The notes beneath the pieces are model-generated. The model did no database searches. It saw only the letters and a list, made by a program, of their open reading frames with translations, and had not been told where the DNA came from. 61,393 nucleotides of DNA from a bacterium (lineage in GTDB: Bacteria > Patescibacteriota > Patescibacteriia > 2-12-FULL-60-25), in NCBI GenBank assembly GCA_021806685.1, contig JAJZQU010000001.1, forward strand, positions 1-61,393, given 5' to 3'. Numbering within the stretch: the stretch's first letter is position 1; each line of letters begins with the position of its first letter. Positions 60,759 to 61,393 of this stretch are shown piece after piece. Made by a program: the position numbers and the translations under genes.

Positions 60759-61217
60759 ATGACATGTCCGATCTGTGGGAGGGTGTATTGCGATCATAGT
60801 CCAGCCGAGCGAGGTCAGACGCTAAATGAGATGTTGGCTGACTGCAGTGCTCCGTCTGTCGTGGAGAATGCGGAGGCGACGAGACCCAAGCCCCAGAGCA
60901 AGAATGCGCGTTCGACGGCCGCGGCCAGCAAGAAGAAGGAGGGCCTAATCCAACACAAGAAGTACTTCGGTGGCAAGGTGCAGACTCTCGGCTTCCACAG
61001 CGGAGACGCCATCACCTTCGAGACCTGTGTCGTCGAACCGGGCGAGTACGACTTCGGCACGGCGGAGCAAGCAGAGATGATCACGTGCACTTTCAATGAG
61101 ATGACCGTGAACGGCAAGGCGATCAGGCCGGGCAGCAGGCCATTTGTGATCCGGCCGGGCGATCCACGCAAGATTTCAGCCAAGCAGATGGCGACCTACA
61201 GCTGTATGTGCAGGTAG
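60759..61217 (+). CDS. PpnP/DUF1255-like cupin with an N-terminal Cys-containing, Lys-rich extension (GC-richer, SD-bearing orphan)
   Basis: The C-terminal ~90 aa (KKYFGGKVQTLGF...VVEPGEYDFGTAEQAEMITC...ATYSCMC) parallel the pyrimidine/purine nucleoside phosphorylase PpnP. GAGGAGG lies 8 nt before the ATG. Confidence 0.6.
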   Translation: MTCPICGRVYCDHSPAERGQTLNEMLADCSAPSVVENAEATRPKPQSKNARSTAAASKKKEGLIQHKKYFGGKVQTLGFHSGDAITFETCVVEPGEYDFGTAEQAEMITCTFNEMTVNGKAIRPGSRPFVIRPGDPRKISAKQMATYSCMCR

Positions 61218-61245
61218 CAACGCCGCGCAGGGGGGCTCTCACAGG

Positions 61246-61277
61246 CCTGGAGAACGATTGTTCACCGGGTCTTTTTT
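61246..61277 (+). terminator. Intrinsic terminator of the 60759 gene
   Basis: Imperfect stem CCTGGAGAAC/GTTCACCGGG, followed by TCTTTTTT. Confidence 0.45.
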
Positions 61278-61281
61278 ATTC

Positions 61282-61350
61282 CGTCATTCCGAGCGAAGGC
61301 GAGGAATCCGCGGAGCTGATGAACTTGGGTGAATCCGCAAAGCTACTTCA
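61282..61350. repeat. Further copy of the GTCATTCCGAGCGAAG..GAGGAATC repeat family at the window edge
   Basis: CGTCATTCCGAGCGAAGGCGAGGAATCCGC matches the MITE and GIY-YIG-cassette termini. The element may continue beyond the window. Confidence 0.45.
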
Positions 61351-61393
61351 CTTCAATCCCAAATGAATCCAGGAGTCCTAGAACTAGATCGGA

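Noticed and set aside
1-61393. Alternative genetic code (UGA recoding, as in some candidate phyla)
   Set aside because: Full-length homologues are obtained with the standard code. TGA also functions as the stop in several ATGA-coupled junctions (7207, 7602, 13575, 47397, 48329).

Overview
This 61.4-kb chromosomal window reads like a reduced-genome Patescibacteria/CPR-type bacterium. That assignment is an inference from gene content and repeat families, since no rRNA is present to confirm it. The genetic code is standard: TGA stops sit at several ATGA-coupled gene junctions. The backbone is housekeeping: recJ (5'-partial), rnhA, ligA, an ABC exporter, gatCA, lgt, two DsbA-like oxidoreductases, uvrA, uvrC, an NRAMP transporter, mraZ-rsmH-ftsL, a Clp/Hsp100-like ATPase, a WecA/MraY-family transferase, rplU, recR-ybaB, dnaB and one tRNA-Ser(GGA). 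Six things stand out. (1) A ~13.4-kb type IV pilus operon (2195-15576) is led by a 705-aa Cys-rich surface protein. It contains pilMNO-like genes, pilB, an embedded receiver-domain gene, pilC, the major pilin, pilD and four more prepilin-like genes plus a PilX-like gene. (2) A two-gene surface locus (26322-31873, minus strand) encodes a 1196-aa phage-tail-fibre-like protein with an S74 intramolecular-chaperone domain followed by an H-type-lectin-like module. Its partner is a multi-TM protein that shares a G-[WY]-A-W-[AS]-x3-G-W-I repeat module with the first pilus-operon gene. (3) There are several families of short structured repeats and selfish-nuclease cassettes. These are a DUF559 gene between 51-bp direct repeats, a GIY-YIG gene inside nested inverted repeats with ORF-less MITE-like relatives, CCCCTT/AAGGGG hairpin units (one set inserted in-frame in recJ), and CCAAT-heptad palindromes. 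(4) Two regimes of gene organisation are visible. Core genes have TGnTAxxAT boxes 6-9 nt from the ATG and no Shine-Dalgarno, so they are probably leaderless. Nine GC-richer orphan genes at seven loci each carry a TTGACA-type promoter, a leader with a GGAGG Shine-Dalgarno and their own intrinsic terminator. (5) An AT-rich accessory patch surrounds the tRNA-Ser. (6) Several housekeeping proteins have deviant domains: a membrane-anchored Clp with a degenerate first ATPase module, a UvrA without the insertion domain, and a UvrC without the HhH domain. I saw no CRISPR array, rRNA, integrase or transposase, and no convincing prophage.
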